DNA from: Vicugna vicugna
Lineage: Eukaryota
DNA: 64,000 nt
Direction of reading: 5' to 3'
NCBI GenBank assembly: GCA_013265495.1
Contig: MU057724.1
Span: forward strand, 186,001 to 250,000
Positions 12,851 through 25,354 of the stretch are shown here, one piece after another (positions within the stretch are counted from its first letter, which is position 1; every line of letters begins with the position of its first letter). A model generated the notes under the pieces. It searched no databases. It was given only the letters and a program-made list of their open reading frames with translations, and was not told the DNA's origin. The position numbers and the translations under genes were made by a program.

Positions 12851-14859
12851 AGAAACACAAGAAGATGAGGAAAATCCAAGTTCATGTTCAGCACAAGAGG
12901 GCTGATACCAGCGTCAGTAGGCATGGCCGCCAGCAGCTTGGGAAGGAGGAGTGATGGGGCTGGAGCGCTGATGTGTGGCTCCGACAAGGAGAGCTTGTCT
13001 GCCCAAGGAAAAGAACCTCCTCTCGAAACTGTCCTGACGTGAGCTTTCTTTAGCTCTCGTGCTCATTTCTGTCTCCCAGTTTTCAGTGTCTCCTCCACCT
13101 CTGTTTCCTTCAGGGGCACAGCATCTGAGCATTCCTGGTGGAGCAGGTCTGTGAGCCTCAGGGAGTCTCTGTGCCATGGAGCCCAGGCTGCCTCCCTCCT
13201 CGCCTGCTCTGCTGGGCTCCCTTCACCTGGTTCTCTCGACCATTGCAGGACATCCCTGCGCCCAAGGCCCCTACTCACATGCTGCTCCTCTTCACGAGTC
13301 TCTGGTGCCGGGTGCTGTGGCTTCTGTGAGCTGTGACTGTGATATTAAAAGAATGTGCACTCCCAAATGCTTCCTATATTATTATTTGACCAGCTAGGAG
13401 CTAGGTGTTTAAACTACTGTTGCCAAATAGTAAGAACATTTTTTTTAGCATCAGAAATTCTGTTTTATGAAAATTTGGAATCCTTTGCTGAGGACTATTT
13501 TAGTTGTGATTGTCTAATGAAAATTTTACAAAGCGATAAATGGAAGGAAAGAAAAAATACTCTGGGTATATCCTTCCTTTGTTGTGTGTGTCACTCATTT
13601 TGGCATTTGCTCAGGATGTGTTCCCGTGTAGAAGTGCTGTAGTTCTTGATACATAAATAATGTTTTCTTGCAGATTTTCTTCTCAGTCATCACAACAATT
13701 ACGTAGTTAAATGTTCAGATCAAAAAATGCATGAGGTCTCTGCTCTCAAGGGACTTCTAGGCTAGATAAGTGAACTAGTGCACTCCTGATCTCACCTGTC
13801 TCTCAGAGAGATACCATTTTCTGCAAAAGTGAGCACAGGTTTGTTTTGTCCATGATTTTGTTTCTGCCTTTTTGCTTATTGTCGATTTGTCCAGGAAGAA
13901 GTGTATAGCAGTCCCTTCCTCCACAACTGGTGAGACTCTGCATGTTGAAGGAGTTAGGCTCTGTGACAGAGATGTCCACTCCATTTAACATAAATAGAAA
14001 GGGACTCATCAGAGGGTTCAAAGGTTTATAGAATAACTAGGAAACCACAGAAATAGACTCTGTGGAACTTTTAGGAAAGACTGTCAAAGCAACACAGAAG
14101 AGCAAGGCCGTGGTGAGAGCTGCTGGCTCTTCCACAGCCAGACTCCATGCTCCACCAGCTCCAGGGCCGTTGCTCATGACATCTCGTTCCTGCCTTTTGA
14201 CCCTTCAGAGCAACTGGCCAGATGTTGAGACCTCTGTTACTGTTGTGCTTGGCAACAGAGCAGCAAAATCAGGCCCTCTGCCTTGGTGTCTCTTCTGCCT
14301 TTGGTTGGCGGGTCCTCGTCATAGGAGGGACTCTGGCTGCAGGGACCCAAGATAGCTTCCAGCCTCTGGAGTCTAGGAAGGCCCCTGAAGGCAACTGGAA
14401 TCCTTCATATTTACCAAAAGAGTTAGAAAGAACTGGAAAGAGGGAAATAAAAGTGCATGAAAGAAATACAGGCACGCCTCAGACACAGACCTCCACAATA
14501 AAATGAATATGTCAGTAAAGCAAGTCACACGGAGTTTTTCGTTGGCCAGTGCATATGAAAGTTACGTTTAAACACCACTGTAGTCTGTTGAGTGTGCAAC
14601 AGCATTATGTCTACAAAAGACAAAGTACCATACTCTAATTAAGAAACGGTTTATTGCTGAAAATTGCTGACCATCATCTGAGTCTTCAGCGAGTTGTAAC
14701 TTTTTGTTGGTGGAGGGTCTTCCCTCAGTGTTGATGGATGCTCACTGATCGGGGGGTGGTTGCTGAAGGTTGGGGTTGGTGTGGCAGTTTCTTAAAAAAA
14801 GGCAGCAATGAAGTTTGCTGCGTTGAGTGACTCTTTCACAAACGATTTCTCTGGAGCGT

Positions 14860-16570
14860 GCAAATGCTGTGATATAGCATTTTACCAACAGTAGAACTTT
14901 CAGAGTTGAAGTTTATCCTCTTAAGCCCTGCTACTGCTTTACCAACTAAGTCTGTATAATATTCTAAATTCTTTATCATCATTTCAACAATCCTCAGAGT
15001 GTCTTCACCAGGAGTAGATTCCATCTCAAGAAACCACTTTCTGGGGGAGGGGGCGTTATAGCTCAGCGGTGGAGTGTGTGCTTAGAATGCACAAGGCCCT
15101 GGGTTCAATCCCCAGTACCTCCATTAAAGGAAAAAAAAAAATGAGCAAACTTATTTTAAAAAAAATAAAGGAAAGAAACCACTTCCCTTTTTCATCCCTA
15201 AGAAGCAACTCCTTATCCATTAAGGTTTTATTTTGAGGTTGGAACGATTCAGTCCCACCTTCAGGCTCCACTTCTGATTCTAGTTCTCTTGCTGTTTCCA
15301 CCATATCTGCAGTTCCTTTCTCCACTGAAGTCTTGAACCCCTCCAAGTCATTCATGAGCATAGCAATCCACTCCTTCCAGACTCCTGTTAATGTTGCTAG
15401 TTTGACCTCTTCCCATGCACGAATCATGAATGTTCTTAATGGCATATAAAATGATGAATCCTTTCCAAAAGGTTTTCCACTGACTTGGCCCAGATCCATG
15501 TGGGGAGTCACCGTCTGTGGCAGCTATAGCCTTGTGAAATGTATTTCTTCAGTAATAAGAGATTGAAATGACTGCTTGATCCACGGGCTGCAGAATGGAT
15601 GTTGTGTTAGCAGGCATGAAAACAACTGGCATTCCATTGTCCGTCTCCATCAGAGCTCGTGGAGGGCCAGATGCATTGTCAGTGAGCAGTAATATTTTGA
15701 GAGGACTGTTTTTTTCCTGAGCAGGAGGTCTCAAGAGTGGGCTTGAAGTATTCAGTAAGCCATGTTGTAAACAGATGGACTGTCATCCAGGCTTTGTTGT
15801 TCCATTTATAGAACACAGGCAGAGTTGACTTAGCATCATTCCGAAGGGCCCTAGGATTTTCCGAATGGTAGATGAGCATTGGCTTCGACTTCGGGTCGCC
15901 AGCTGCATCAGCCCCTAACGAGACAGTTGGCCTGTCCTGTGAGCCTTGAAGCCAGGCTTTGACTTCTCCTCTGGCCATGGAAATCCTGGTGGCATCGTCT
16001 TCCAATAGAAGGCTGTTCCGTCTGCATTGAAAATCTGTTGCTTAGGGTAGCCTCCTCATGAACTCTCGGAGTTGGATCATCTGGAGAACCTGGTGCAGCT
16101 TCTACATCAGCAGTCACTGCTTCACCTTGAGCTTTTATGTCATAGAGACGACTTCTTTCCTTAAACCTCGTGAGCCAACCTCTGCTAGCTTCAGACTTCT
16201 CTCCTGCAGCTTGCTTACCTCTGTCAGCCTTCATAGGGTTGAAGAGCATTAGGGCCGTGCTCTGGATGAGGCTTTGGCTGAAGGGAAGGTTGTTTCCGGT
16301 TTGGTCTTCTGTCCAGACCGGTGAAACTATCTCCATATCGGCAGTAAGGCTGTTTTGCTTTCTTACTATTCATGTGTTCACTGGAGGGGTACTTTCAATT
16401 TCCTTCAAGAACTTTTTCTTTGCATTCACGACTTGGCTAACTGTTTGGCTCAAGAGGCATAGCTTCCGGCCTATCCTGGCTTTCGATGTGCCTTCCTCAC
16501 TAAGATTAATCATTTCTAGCTTTGGATTTAAGGGAGGGACGTGCAAGTCTTCCTTTCACTTGAACACTTT
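14860..16570 (-). pseudogene. Tigger1 transposase (CENP-B-type HTH plus DDE), frameshifted and SINE-interrupted
   Basis: Homology is split over several frames (15908-16336, 15679-16005, 15549-15734, 15056-15511, 14836-15024). Confidence 0.9.
15043..15172 (+). mobile_element. tRNA-derived SINE (Vic-1-like) inserted in Tigger1
   Basis: A box TAGCTCAGCGG, B box GGTTCAATCC and an A-rich tail. TSD AAGAAACCACTT at 15028-15039 and 15173-15184. Confidence 0.93.
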
Positions 16571-16694
16571 GAGGTCACTGTAGGGCTCTTAATTGTCCTA
16601 TTACCCGTATTGTTGTGTCTCAGGGGAGAGGGAGAAAAGGAAGCAAGGAAAGGAAGAAGGTGGGTTGGTGGAGCCGTCAAAACACACGTTTATC

Positions 16695-16729
16695 CAAAAC
16701 AAAACAAAACAAAACAAACAAACAAAAAG
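16695..16729 (+). repeat. (CAAAA)n A-rich tract flanked by a 14-bp direct repeat
   Basis: AACACACGTTTATC at 16681-16694 and 16730-16743. Confidence 0.9.
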
Positions 16730-19099
16730 AACACACGTTTATCAGTTAAGTTCTCCATCTTATATGGGCCCAGTTCATGGTGCCCCAAAACAATTACAGT
16801 AGTAACATCAAAGATCACTGATCACAGATCACTGTAACAAATACAAGAATTATTTAAAAGTTTAAAACACTGCGAGAATTACCAAAATGTAACACAAAGA
16901 CAAAAAGTAAGCAGATGTCGCCCATGGACTTGCTCTTGCAGGCTGGGCACGCACCTGCAGTTTATAAAAAAGCGCTGTCTCTGGAAAGCACGGGGAAGCG
17001 GGGTGTGACAGAACGATTTCTGCCAGTGGAGGTGAACAAAGCCCCATAGTCCTAAAGTTCCCTTCCAAGTACCATTAGCCATGGAGTGCAGCATGTATAT
17101 AAAAAACTTCTTTTTAATGGTTTAACTTAATGTTCTATCTTTTTGAAAAAATTCAAAGTCCCCAAATTTCTGGATACATTACTTGATAATAAATATTAAA
17201 CCTCTGAAGTTTTATGGGATAGACTACAACTGTTGAACTTTGATTTAAGAGGGAAATTTAATTAGTAGATGCTGGTAATGGTTATGCGCAGTTGAGGTGC
17301 ACTTAAAAATTTTTTTGAAATAAACAAATCTTAGCACAAATAGGTATTTTATACATTAATAAATACATAAAATTAATTCTGACTTTCCTCTGTGCTACTT
17401 GCTGCTCCACTAAATAAACTTATGTTATTTCTGAATATTTTTTAGTTCTGTGATGTCATGAAGTTCATCATAGATTCATTTCTGCTTTATATCTGAAGGA
17501 AGATACAATTCAGCAAATTGGCTTGAGCACCTGTTCTGGGTGAGACATCTTTGAAGAGCGTGACCATTCCACGTGCGTGCTCAGCGGCAGTGGGGTAATT
17601 ACATAGCGCCGCAGAGCAGCAGTGCCACGGGCTCACTAGCTCTTGAGGCTCCTAATGAGAAGGTGGTGGTGCTGAAGCAGGCACATGTGGGGCCCGCGCA
17701 GCTACGCTGCTGGTCAGCATCCAGCCCTGGGGGTAGAGACTCCCCCTCGCCCAGCGCAGAGGCTCCCTGGGCCTGTGCAGAAGCGGCTGAGAGCGCGCCG
17801 AGGCCCTGCAGCAGCTCCCGCGTATCAGTGAGCGGGCCTGGGGCACCGCGCAGTGAAGGTCTGAGTGGTGTCCCAGCTCCAGGGCCTGGCCATGCTAAGC
17901 TGTGCCCTTAGCCGGCCCCGCTCCACCACCGCTCAGCAGCTCCTGCCAGGTCAGCACCGTCGTTTCCCGCAGGACCTCTCTGATCAGTAACTCTTGTAAA
18001 AGGTTAATGCTTTCCCCATTTTAGAAAAGGTCCTTCATAAGACCTCCAGTGAAGCTTGAAGAAACAGTTGTAAGTTATGAGTCTGTTCATGGGAAACTCT
18101 GGACAGAACTGTCGTTTTGTGGAAGACAGGAACACGTGCAGGTCTTTCTAGTCTTTGTAGTTGCGGGGTTACAAGGTCTTGGGGCAGATGTCATTCACAC
18201 ACAAGGACTCTGGCATATTGAATCCGGAATGCGATCCTCTTTGCTGCTCCATTCACTGCCGTGAAAGCCACTGCTAGCGTGCTGGTCTTCTGTGCCGACA
18301 CCTAGCCAGAGTACCCGTCAGGGTGTGTAGGGCCATAGCACAAGAATACTGTGCACACCCTCTTCTGAACAGAATGTGTTTTCAGTCGAGTTTGGCCTGT
18401 ATCTACTTACTGTGATGGGAAGTACTAACATGTGCATGATGACCATATGCAGTGCTCTCCGTTTTCTGTTCTGCATTCTGTAGTGTTCCATGTTTCTGTA
18501 ACTGTGGTCTTTTATTTTAGAGAAAGCGGCAACTCAGTAACTGAAATGCTTTCAGTATATTATATACAAAAGAAAAAAGCATTTGCCATGAAAAAACTCT
18601 GAACTATGTGTTCAAATTAATTAATTAGACGGGTGTTATTTAAATGGAAAGACTTTCCTTCCTGCCCCAAATGGAATGCATTCACTTATATGCTCTCATG
18701 ACCTTGTAGAGCAGTGCCTAACATGTCCTTTCAATTTATTGGCAGTTGGTTTTTCCCACGATATGTTTTATTCAACTGCATAAACTTTTTGAGGTCATTC
18801 ATCATAGCGACTTGCAGACTCTTGTTAATTGCACTGTTTAAACTCTAAGCACAGTGTCCATGGAATTCACATTTATGAAACCTGTGGGCTCCACCCTTAC
18901 CCTGTACTGGCTGGTCCTTGACGGTGACTCCCATTTGCACCAAGGCCAATCACACGGCCAAGCCAGCACCGCAGGGCCACCAGGGAGGAAGGACCTGGGG
19001 ATTGCAGCCTCCACAGCCGGCCTTCCCCTCTACCTCCTCGCTTGAGGTGGCAGGACAGCTACGCACAGCACGAGTCCGATGGAGGCTGAGGTCTTCTCT

Positions 19100-19870
19100 C
19101 TCTCCTTTGTGCTTCAGGGCTCACGAGTGTTTGCCGTCATGACAGGAAGTGACACTGTGCTGTGCGGGGAGGAGCCGGGAGCCTGGGAACGAGCTCTTGG
19201 AGGAAGGGCCTGGGTGAGGAGGTGGAGCTGGCCTGAGAAGCACTAGAGGGAGAGAGGAGGATGAACTTGATGTGTTCGAGGGGTAGAAATGAGCTGGTGA
19301 GGCGTGGGCTCCATGGCCCTGGGGCCTTTACAGCACCTGGCCCAGAGGAGGCAGGTAGCTTCACGCCAGTGTGAGGAGAGGCTGGGAGGGCTCGGGCGTG
19401 GATGAAAGTGATTGGGTCCGTGCTCAGTGAAGACAGCTTGGCTGCTCTGGACCACACGAGGGAGGTGGAGGAGCAGGAAGGGGGGCTGTTTCAGGACCCC
19501 GATAGGGAAGACTGGAGAACCGTGAGTGTGCTAGTGAGGGAGTGGTAGAGACAGAGATCCTGGATTGTTAAGAGGTGCTGCTACTGGATGAGGGTGATGG
19601 AGGGTCACAGCGGCTCAGTTACTGGGAAGGTGACTCGGGGGTGGTGACTGGACGAGGGTGATGGAGGGTCATGGCAGCTGGGCTCATTGGTCTGATGACG
19701 GCTCAGTCACTGAGGAGGGTGACTTTTGGGGAGTGCCATGGGAGCGAGTGTTCTTGCGTCCTTGTCGAGACAGAGGGACCTGAGAATCATTGAGCCAGAG
19801 AAGCTGGACACAGTTGCAGTGGGTGAGAGCAATCAGGACGTGAAGTACATCTAGGCACTGTGCCCAGGAG
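19100..19870 (-). mobile_element. L2 LINE fragment, highly diverged
   Basis: Purine-rich antisense L2-like motifs (gaagacagcttggctgctctgg); recognised by pattern only. Confidence 0.5.
19583..19725. repeat. Degenerate local duplication
   Basis: ACTGGAYGAGGGTGATGGAGGGTCA at 19583-19607 and 19647-19671; CGGCTCAGTYACTG also occurs twice. Confidence 0.75.
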
Positions 19871-19974
19871 GGAACTACCTTCCTGGTGAGTAGGTAGCAT
19901 CCAGCTATCAGAAACAGAAATTAATGAAAGAGCTTTTTTTTTTTTAACATTAAAGGGGTTTTCCCTCTTAATGT

Positions 19975-21360
19975 AATGGATAAACCAATGGAACAGAAGA
20001 GAAAATCCCAAATATATACAGGAATTTCATATATTTTAAAGCACTGGGAAGATTAACCATTCAATGAATGGTTCAGTAAAATTCAATGAAAACAAGTGAG
20101 TCATCTGTGGGGGAAATCAGATCAAAGATTTAACCATAAAACCCAGGCAAGAAATCATGGGAGAATTTATCTTGATGTGGAAGTTTTCTAACTGTGACTT
20201 AACATCCAGAAGTCCCAAAAGAAAACACTAATAAAGCCTATTAAGTCTGCATGGTAAAGTCAGAAGTTAAGTGGGAACAGACCTTGTGATCCGCATCACA
20301 GAAAGCCACTCTCTCTGATAAACAGTGCTCGCAGGAAGTAAGGAAACGCCAGCAGCCCAGAGTAAAGGTGAGCGAAGGGCCGGAGCACTCAGTCCCCAGG
20401 GAAAAAGAGGCAGGTGAAAATTCCTTCAGTGTCTCGTGGTCAAAGAAATGCAAATTAAATAACACTTTCATCAAACTGCAGAAACCCACAGTGTTTGCGA
20501 CGTTTGTTTGGTGAGGCTGAGGGGGCGCGCCCTCGCTCCGGCTGGTGGAGGCAGACTGAGTTGTTCCCGCATGGGCACGTGAGCGTGTGTGGTGTGTGTG
20601 TGAACCTGGACTCTGAGCCCTTCCTCTTCTGGGAACTTACCCTCCAGATACACCTGCACATGTGTGGAGCACAACATGTTCTTTGCCCCATTGTTGATAA
20701 TAGCACGTTTGGAAGTAGCCTAAACGGTCAGCCTTGGAGGATTACAATTAAATCACACACAGTGGAATACTTAACTGCACAGCTATCTGTCTGTGCAGCT
20801 GTCGAAAAGAAAGGTGCTCTGTGACCTAGCACCCAGACCTTAATGACAGTGGTTAAATTCAGAAAGCAGGGAGCAGGACAGCGTGGCAGCTGTGCTGTAT
20901 TTTCTGGGAGCACGCAGAGACTGAAAGGATCCATAACCCAGCAGCAACTGTGTGTGCGGGCACCTGGGACCAGGAGGACGGAAGGCGTGAATAGGGGGAG
21001 ACTTCGTGACGTGCTCTATTGCATTACATTTTAATTATATGTTATTTAGAAAAATTAAATGAGTTTTTAGACACAGTTATTGCTCTTGGAATTTTTAAAC
21101 ATTTCACTTGATTTGGAGGGCAGTACATAACATAGCAATGAAGATACATTCTCTGACCCAGTAATTCCTAAGAACTTAATTCATGAAAAATACAAAAAAA
21201 AAATCACAGATACACGCACCATTCTTCATGGTAGCAATGCCTGTAATAATGGAAAACATATAAGCAGCCTAAATACTCAGTTTAAGGATTACTGAACTAC
21301 AACATACTCTGTGATACAGTATTAAGCTGCTATATAATGTAGCTGAGAAGACCACATGGA
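19975..21360 (+). mobile_element. Ancient L1ME-like ORF2 3' fragments
   Basis: Residual motifs ccaatggaacagaagagaaaatcc, aaatgcaaattaaa, cacacagtggaatact, tctgacccagtaattcc. Confidence 0.65.
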
Positions 21361-21389
21361 AACACTCATGCTCTCAACGAGTGTTCCTG

Positions 21390-22190
21390 TGTGTCTCCTC
21401 TGTCATGTGTTGTTCTGGGTGTAAACGGAACAGTAAATGAGACCGAGAGAGACCAAGTCTGTGCACCGGTGGCACTTGCACCCGCTGGGAAGCCTGGCAG
21501 CAGCAGACAGACAGACACCGGGTAGGAGAGTGGCACTGCAGCTGGGTGAGGGGCAGTGAAGGTGGAGGGGTTGCTGTTTTGATGCAAGAATCCAGGGGGC
21601 CTCTCTGGGAAGGTATTTGGCAACAGTCCCAAAGGAGGTGAGGGAACAGGCGGAGGGCCGGATGCAGGGCTGTGAGGCTGGGCCAGCCCAACACATCGCA
21701 CCACAGTGGGGAAGCCTGAGTATGGAGGTCAGGCCCTGTTCCAGTTGTGAGAGAGAGAGAAGCCGTGGCAAGGCCCTCGGTTCTATTCTGCATGCAAGTC
21801 AGGGCCTCTGGAAGTTTTGTCAGAAGAGGGAGAAGCCATGAGTGCCACGAAAAGCCAGGGAAGTGGTGGGTAGGGTGGGGAAGGTGCCCTGGAGACAGTG
21901 GGAGGTGTCGGGAGGTGGAGAACACAGGCCCTGAAGGATCGGGTGGGGAGCGGAGGACGGGAGTCTGGACGCTTTCTGTGGTTTGGGCCACAAGGTGACT
22001 GGTGGTGCTGTGAAAGGAGATGGAAAGTGGACAGCTAGGAGAGCAGTGGGTTTCAGGGTAGCTGTGTGTTGAGTTTGAGATGCCTGTGAGCCCGGCACAG
22101 GGAGGGAGAAAACTAAAATGAACCTGCGGTGTGTGAGCTCCTGGTCTCCACAGTGGGTACATGGTGAGCAGAAGTGAGCGTGTTACCACG
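21390..22190 (-). mobile_element. L2 LINE fragment
   Basis: Antisense L2 motifs such as tgtgttgagtttgagatgcctgtgag; purine-rich. Confidence 0.6.
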
Positions 22191-22830
22191 TGAGAGATGG
22201 TGTATTCACTCTGGCTGTCTCTGCCACATCCCAGACAGAGACGCCTCAGCAGCAGGGTGCACACGTAGCCCCAGTGTCAGCCTGTCAGTGGCTGACAGAA
22301 ACCTGTTGTGTAAGGATCCATGAGTCCACACTGTTATTAAAAAGGTGAATTGAAAATTTGATAAGAAATAGGATATTTGCATAGTTTGAAAGTATGTCCC
22401 ACACAATATTTTTTAATTTCAGAAGGAAGAAGTAACTTACAGTTGAGAAATCTTGCAGACATCACCTCAGTTAAGCAATAACACTGATCACCATCACTAA
22501 TGGGGCCACTGTGTGCTGTTCTTACCAGTGATACGTGAGCTAGATCTCATGAGAAAATGCCAGACAAGCCCAGACTGAGGGTTTGTGTGCAGAACCACTG
22601 GTCTGTGTCCTTGGAGAATGAATGGCAAGGTCATGGGAGTCCAGGGAGACGAGGGCCTTGATCGCAGCAGCGGTTCTGAGTGGTCTTCTGCTGAGACGGA
22701 CGCAGCGGGCCTGACAGGTGAAGTAGGAGGGGTGGGGGTAGACACGCTCCCTCCCCGCCCCGCCCCGCCCCGGGTTGGTCCTGCAGTGTCACTTGTGTAA
22801 GAGAAATCCCTTTTGTGTAGGAACGACCCT
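22190..22830 (+). mobile_element. L1MC4-like 3' UTR fragment
   Basis: gtaacttacagttgagaaatcttgcagacatcacct and catgagaaaatgccagacaagcccagactgaggg. Confidence 0.7.
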
Positions 22831-24519
22831 CATGTGGGAGCGAGTTAGGGAACCAGTGAGAGAAGCTGGACTTTGGTCTGCCCAGGGCTGCTGAGTTCAT
22901 TTCTCACATTTTGAGTAAACACTTTCTAGCTAAGATTCCCTTCTTCTCATTTATTTTGCTCTCATTTAGATCTTCACTAGTGCACTGCTGATTCAAGGGG
23001 AAAATGTTTTGTCCTGTATTTAGAACTTTTTGCAAATTTGAGCTCATGAGGCCCCTGCTTTCTTGAAGATGGCAGTAAAGGGTGCCGTGCGGCTGGGAGG
23101 AGACCGCTGAGCTTTCCGGGAGCCGGCTGCAGTCCCCATGTGGGTGCTGGTGTGGAGAGCGGACAGGCGTGGGGACATGCAGGTCATTGTGGGCGTAGGC
23201 GTGGGTGTCCCGGCACTGGGCAGCTGGGGACATGAGGCAGGAGAGGCTGGGAGGAGGGTCGGGTGTGGACGCAGGCCTATCACAAGGTCGGTGGGCAGAA
23301 ACGGAGCAGAGTCACGCCTGAGAACCTCCCTCCTCTGAAATAGAGTTGTCGTCTGAAAGGGACCCCTTGTCTACTCTGAGTACAATACACTGAATGTGGC
23401 TTAGTCTTTGAAATTGAAATTACTTCATCGTAAAATATCCTAAGATGATTTAATATTGCTTAGTGATAGTGTCCCTAGAAGAGGCATTTTTAGGATTGCA
23501 AAAGAGCTTTCAAAATCACCGCTGATGTTTGGGAAGGAAAGGGCCTCACACGGTGCCTTTAGCTGCGTTGGTTTGTGTTTTACTTGGTGGGGTTGGAGCC
23601 GGTGGAACGTGTACCCCTGCTTCACAAACCCAGTGATTTAGGAGCCGTTGCATCTGACGGGACTGGTTTCTGGGCCAGTTAGTCAGCTTCGAGTGTGAAA
23701 CCATGACTCAGAAGCCAAGCAGCTAAGGCTGAGCAACCCTCCTCTGTGGCACGAGGCGTGTAGGTGGGTTGGCTCTCAGCTCCTCCCTCACTCGGACCAG
23801 GGCCAAGATGGCCCAGTCTCTCCCCATCCTGAGACTGCACATGCCTCAGGCATCCAGATGGCAGGAGGGCCCAGTCCTCTGCGGGCAGTGCGGTGAGGGC
23901 TTCAGGGCTCCGCCCCACAGAGGCCTGGCTGAGGAAGGACGCCGTGCATCAGCCCTACCGAGTCCCGCCTGCAGCACCCCATCCTCACTCTGAGCTCATC
24001 ACAGGCCCTGGGCTCCGGAGGCCCACGGTGGACGGCCCTGGAAAGTGAGAGCAAGTGGCAGAATAAGTGAGAGAAGCACCACCTCGGTCTGCCTAGGCCT
24101 GTCCAATCGATTTGGCACATTTTGAACAAAAACTTTCTCAGCTAGGATCCTCCTTCCCCTCATTTACCTCGTTCTAATTTAGACCTTCACGCACACACTG
24201 ACGCTTTCCTTCCCACGCCAACACTTCGTAGCGGCGTGGAGGTCTCACCTTGTGACCCAGCTGTGTAAGGCACCTCAACACGGAGTGTTGTCCTGAGGGT
24301 AGGGGCTGATTCTTGTGCCTCCTGCCCCCACAGAGCCTGGACCAGTGCCTGTTGATTACTCAGGGGGTGCATTGGCATGTATGATCGTCTGACGCGAAAG
24401 GCTCTCAGCTAAGGGCTGGGATGGCTCTGCAGGGAGTGAGAATAGGACCCCTTCCTGAAGAAACTTCCCATAAAAAAGGAGAGAGGAAAGAGCTACTCAA
24501 GTTTTTAATGAGTCAGAGT

Positions 24520-25040
24520 AGAATGTGGTAAAAACTAAAATAAAGGCTGAACCATCTTGGATACCAAGAGAAAGGAAGACTTGTTTACACTATTAGAACA
24601 GGAGGAGAATCGTGAAAGAAATGAAACTTGAGTTTGACGTTGAGGAATGAGAGTTCTTAGGCAGGTGGAGGGACAGGGAATACAGACACTTTGGAGGAAC
24701 GACCAGCTGGGACTCTGGGGAGAGGCTATGGGAGCTCTGCCTTGTTGGCCTCGCACGTGTGCGTCACAGACTCGCAGAGGCTCTGGGTGGTCCGTGACCA
24801 GCTGAGGAAACGGTTAACTCTGTCCCCCAGGAAACGTTACTTTGGCAGCAACCGGTAGGAGTGGTTAGAGGGAAACAAGGTGGGAGACCAGTTGGGAAAC
24901 ATCTGCCAAGTTCACAAGCAGAACAAGACAGCGAAGCAGGAGTGGGGAGGAGGGTTGATGCTGAAGAGTAAACATGGGGCAAATGGACAGGATGCAAGCC
25001 AGGGATCAGGTCACGCTCCAGTTTAGGGGCAGAGCAACTG
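24520..25040 (-). mobile_element. L2 LINE fragment
   Basis: Antisense L2-like motifs (ttactttggcagca, gggagaccagttgggaa). Confidence 0.55.
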
Positions 25041-25354
25041 AGAGAATGGGGGTGCTCGAGTGTGGACAGAGAACTTGGAGCATTAGGGGTCCTCTGCACA
25101 GCAGTGGTGAAGTGGCAGCCCGGGGAGGTGAGCTTCTGGCCAGCTGCCAGGTAAGCAAAGCAGTGGCGGGGTCTGTCACCCTGGGAACGACGGCTGGGCC
25201 GTACACCTCTGCCAGCGAGAGACCACAGCTCTGGTCCAAGCCTCTCCTCTGCTGGGGTCAGACTGCTTCTTTCTTTTTAAGACCTCTGCTCATATAGTTC
25301 ATTATGCTTTTTAGGTATCACTGGTGTGATACATGTATCCTTTCAAAATTTACA

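Larger units (their letters stand above)
14469..17026 (-). mobile_element. Near full-length Tigger1 (TcMar-Tigger) DNA transposon
   Basis: TA followed by CAGGCACGCCTC TIR at 14469; degenerate opposite TIR ending near 17026. Transposase peptides on the minus strand: [72 protein letters not shown]. Confidence 0.96.

Noticed and set aside
15043..15125. tRNA gene
   Set aside because: Has A/B boxes but also an A-tail, TSD and sibling copies at 56680 and 57002, so it is a SINE.
21374..22264. 296-aa minus-strand ORF
   Set aside because: Lies over an L2 relic; low-complexity Pro/Ser/Leu-rich translation, non-ATG start, no domain recognised.
22753..22771. Tandem GC boxes (CCCCG)n as a promoter
   Set aside because: Embedded in an L1MC relic; most simply a short tandem expansion.
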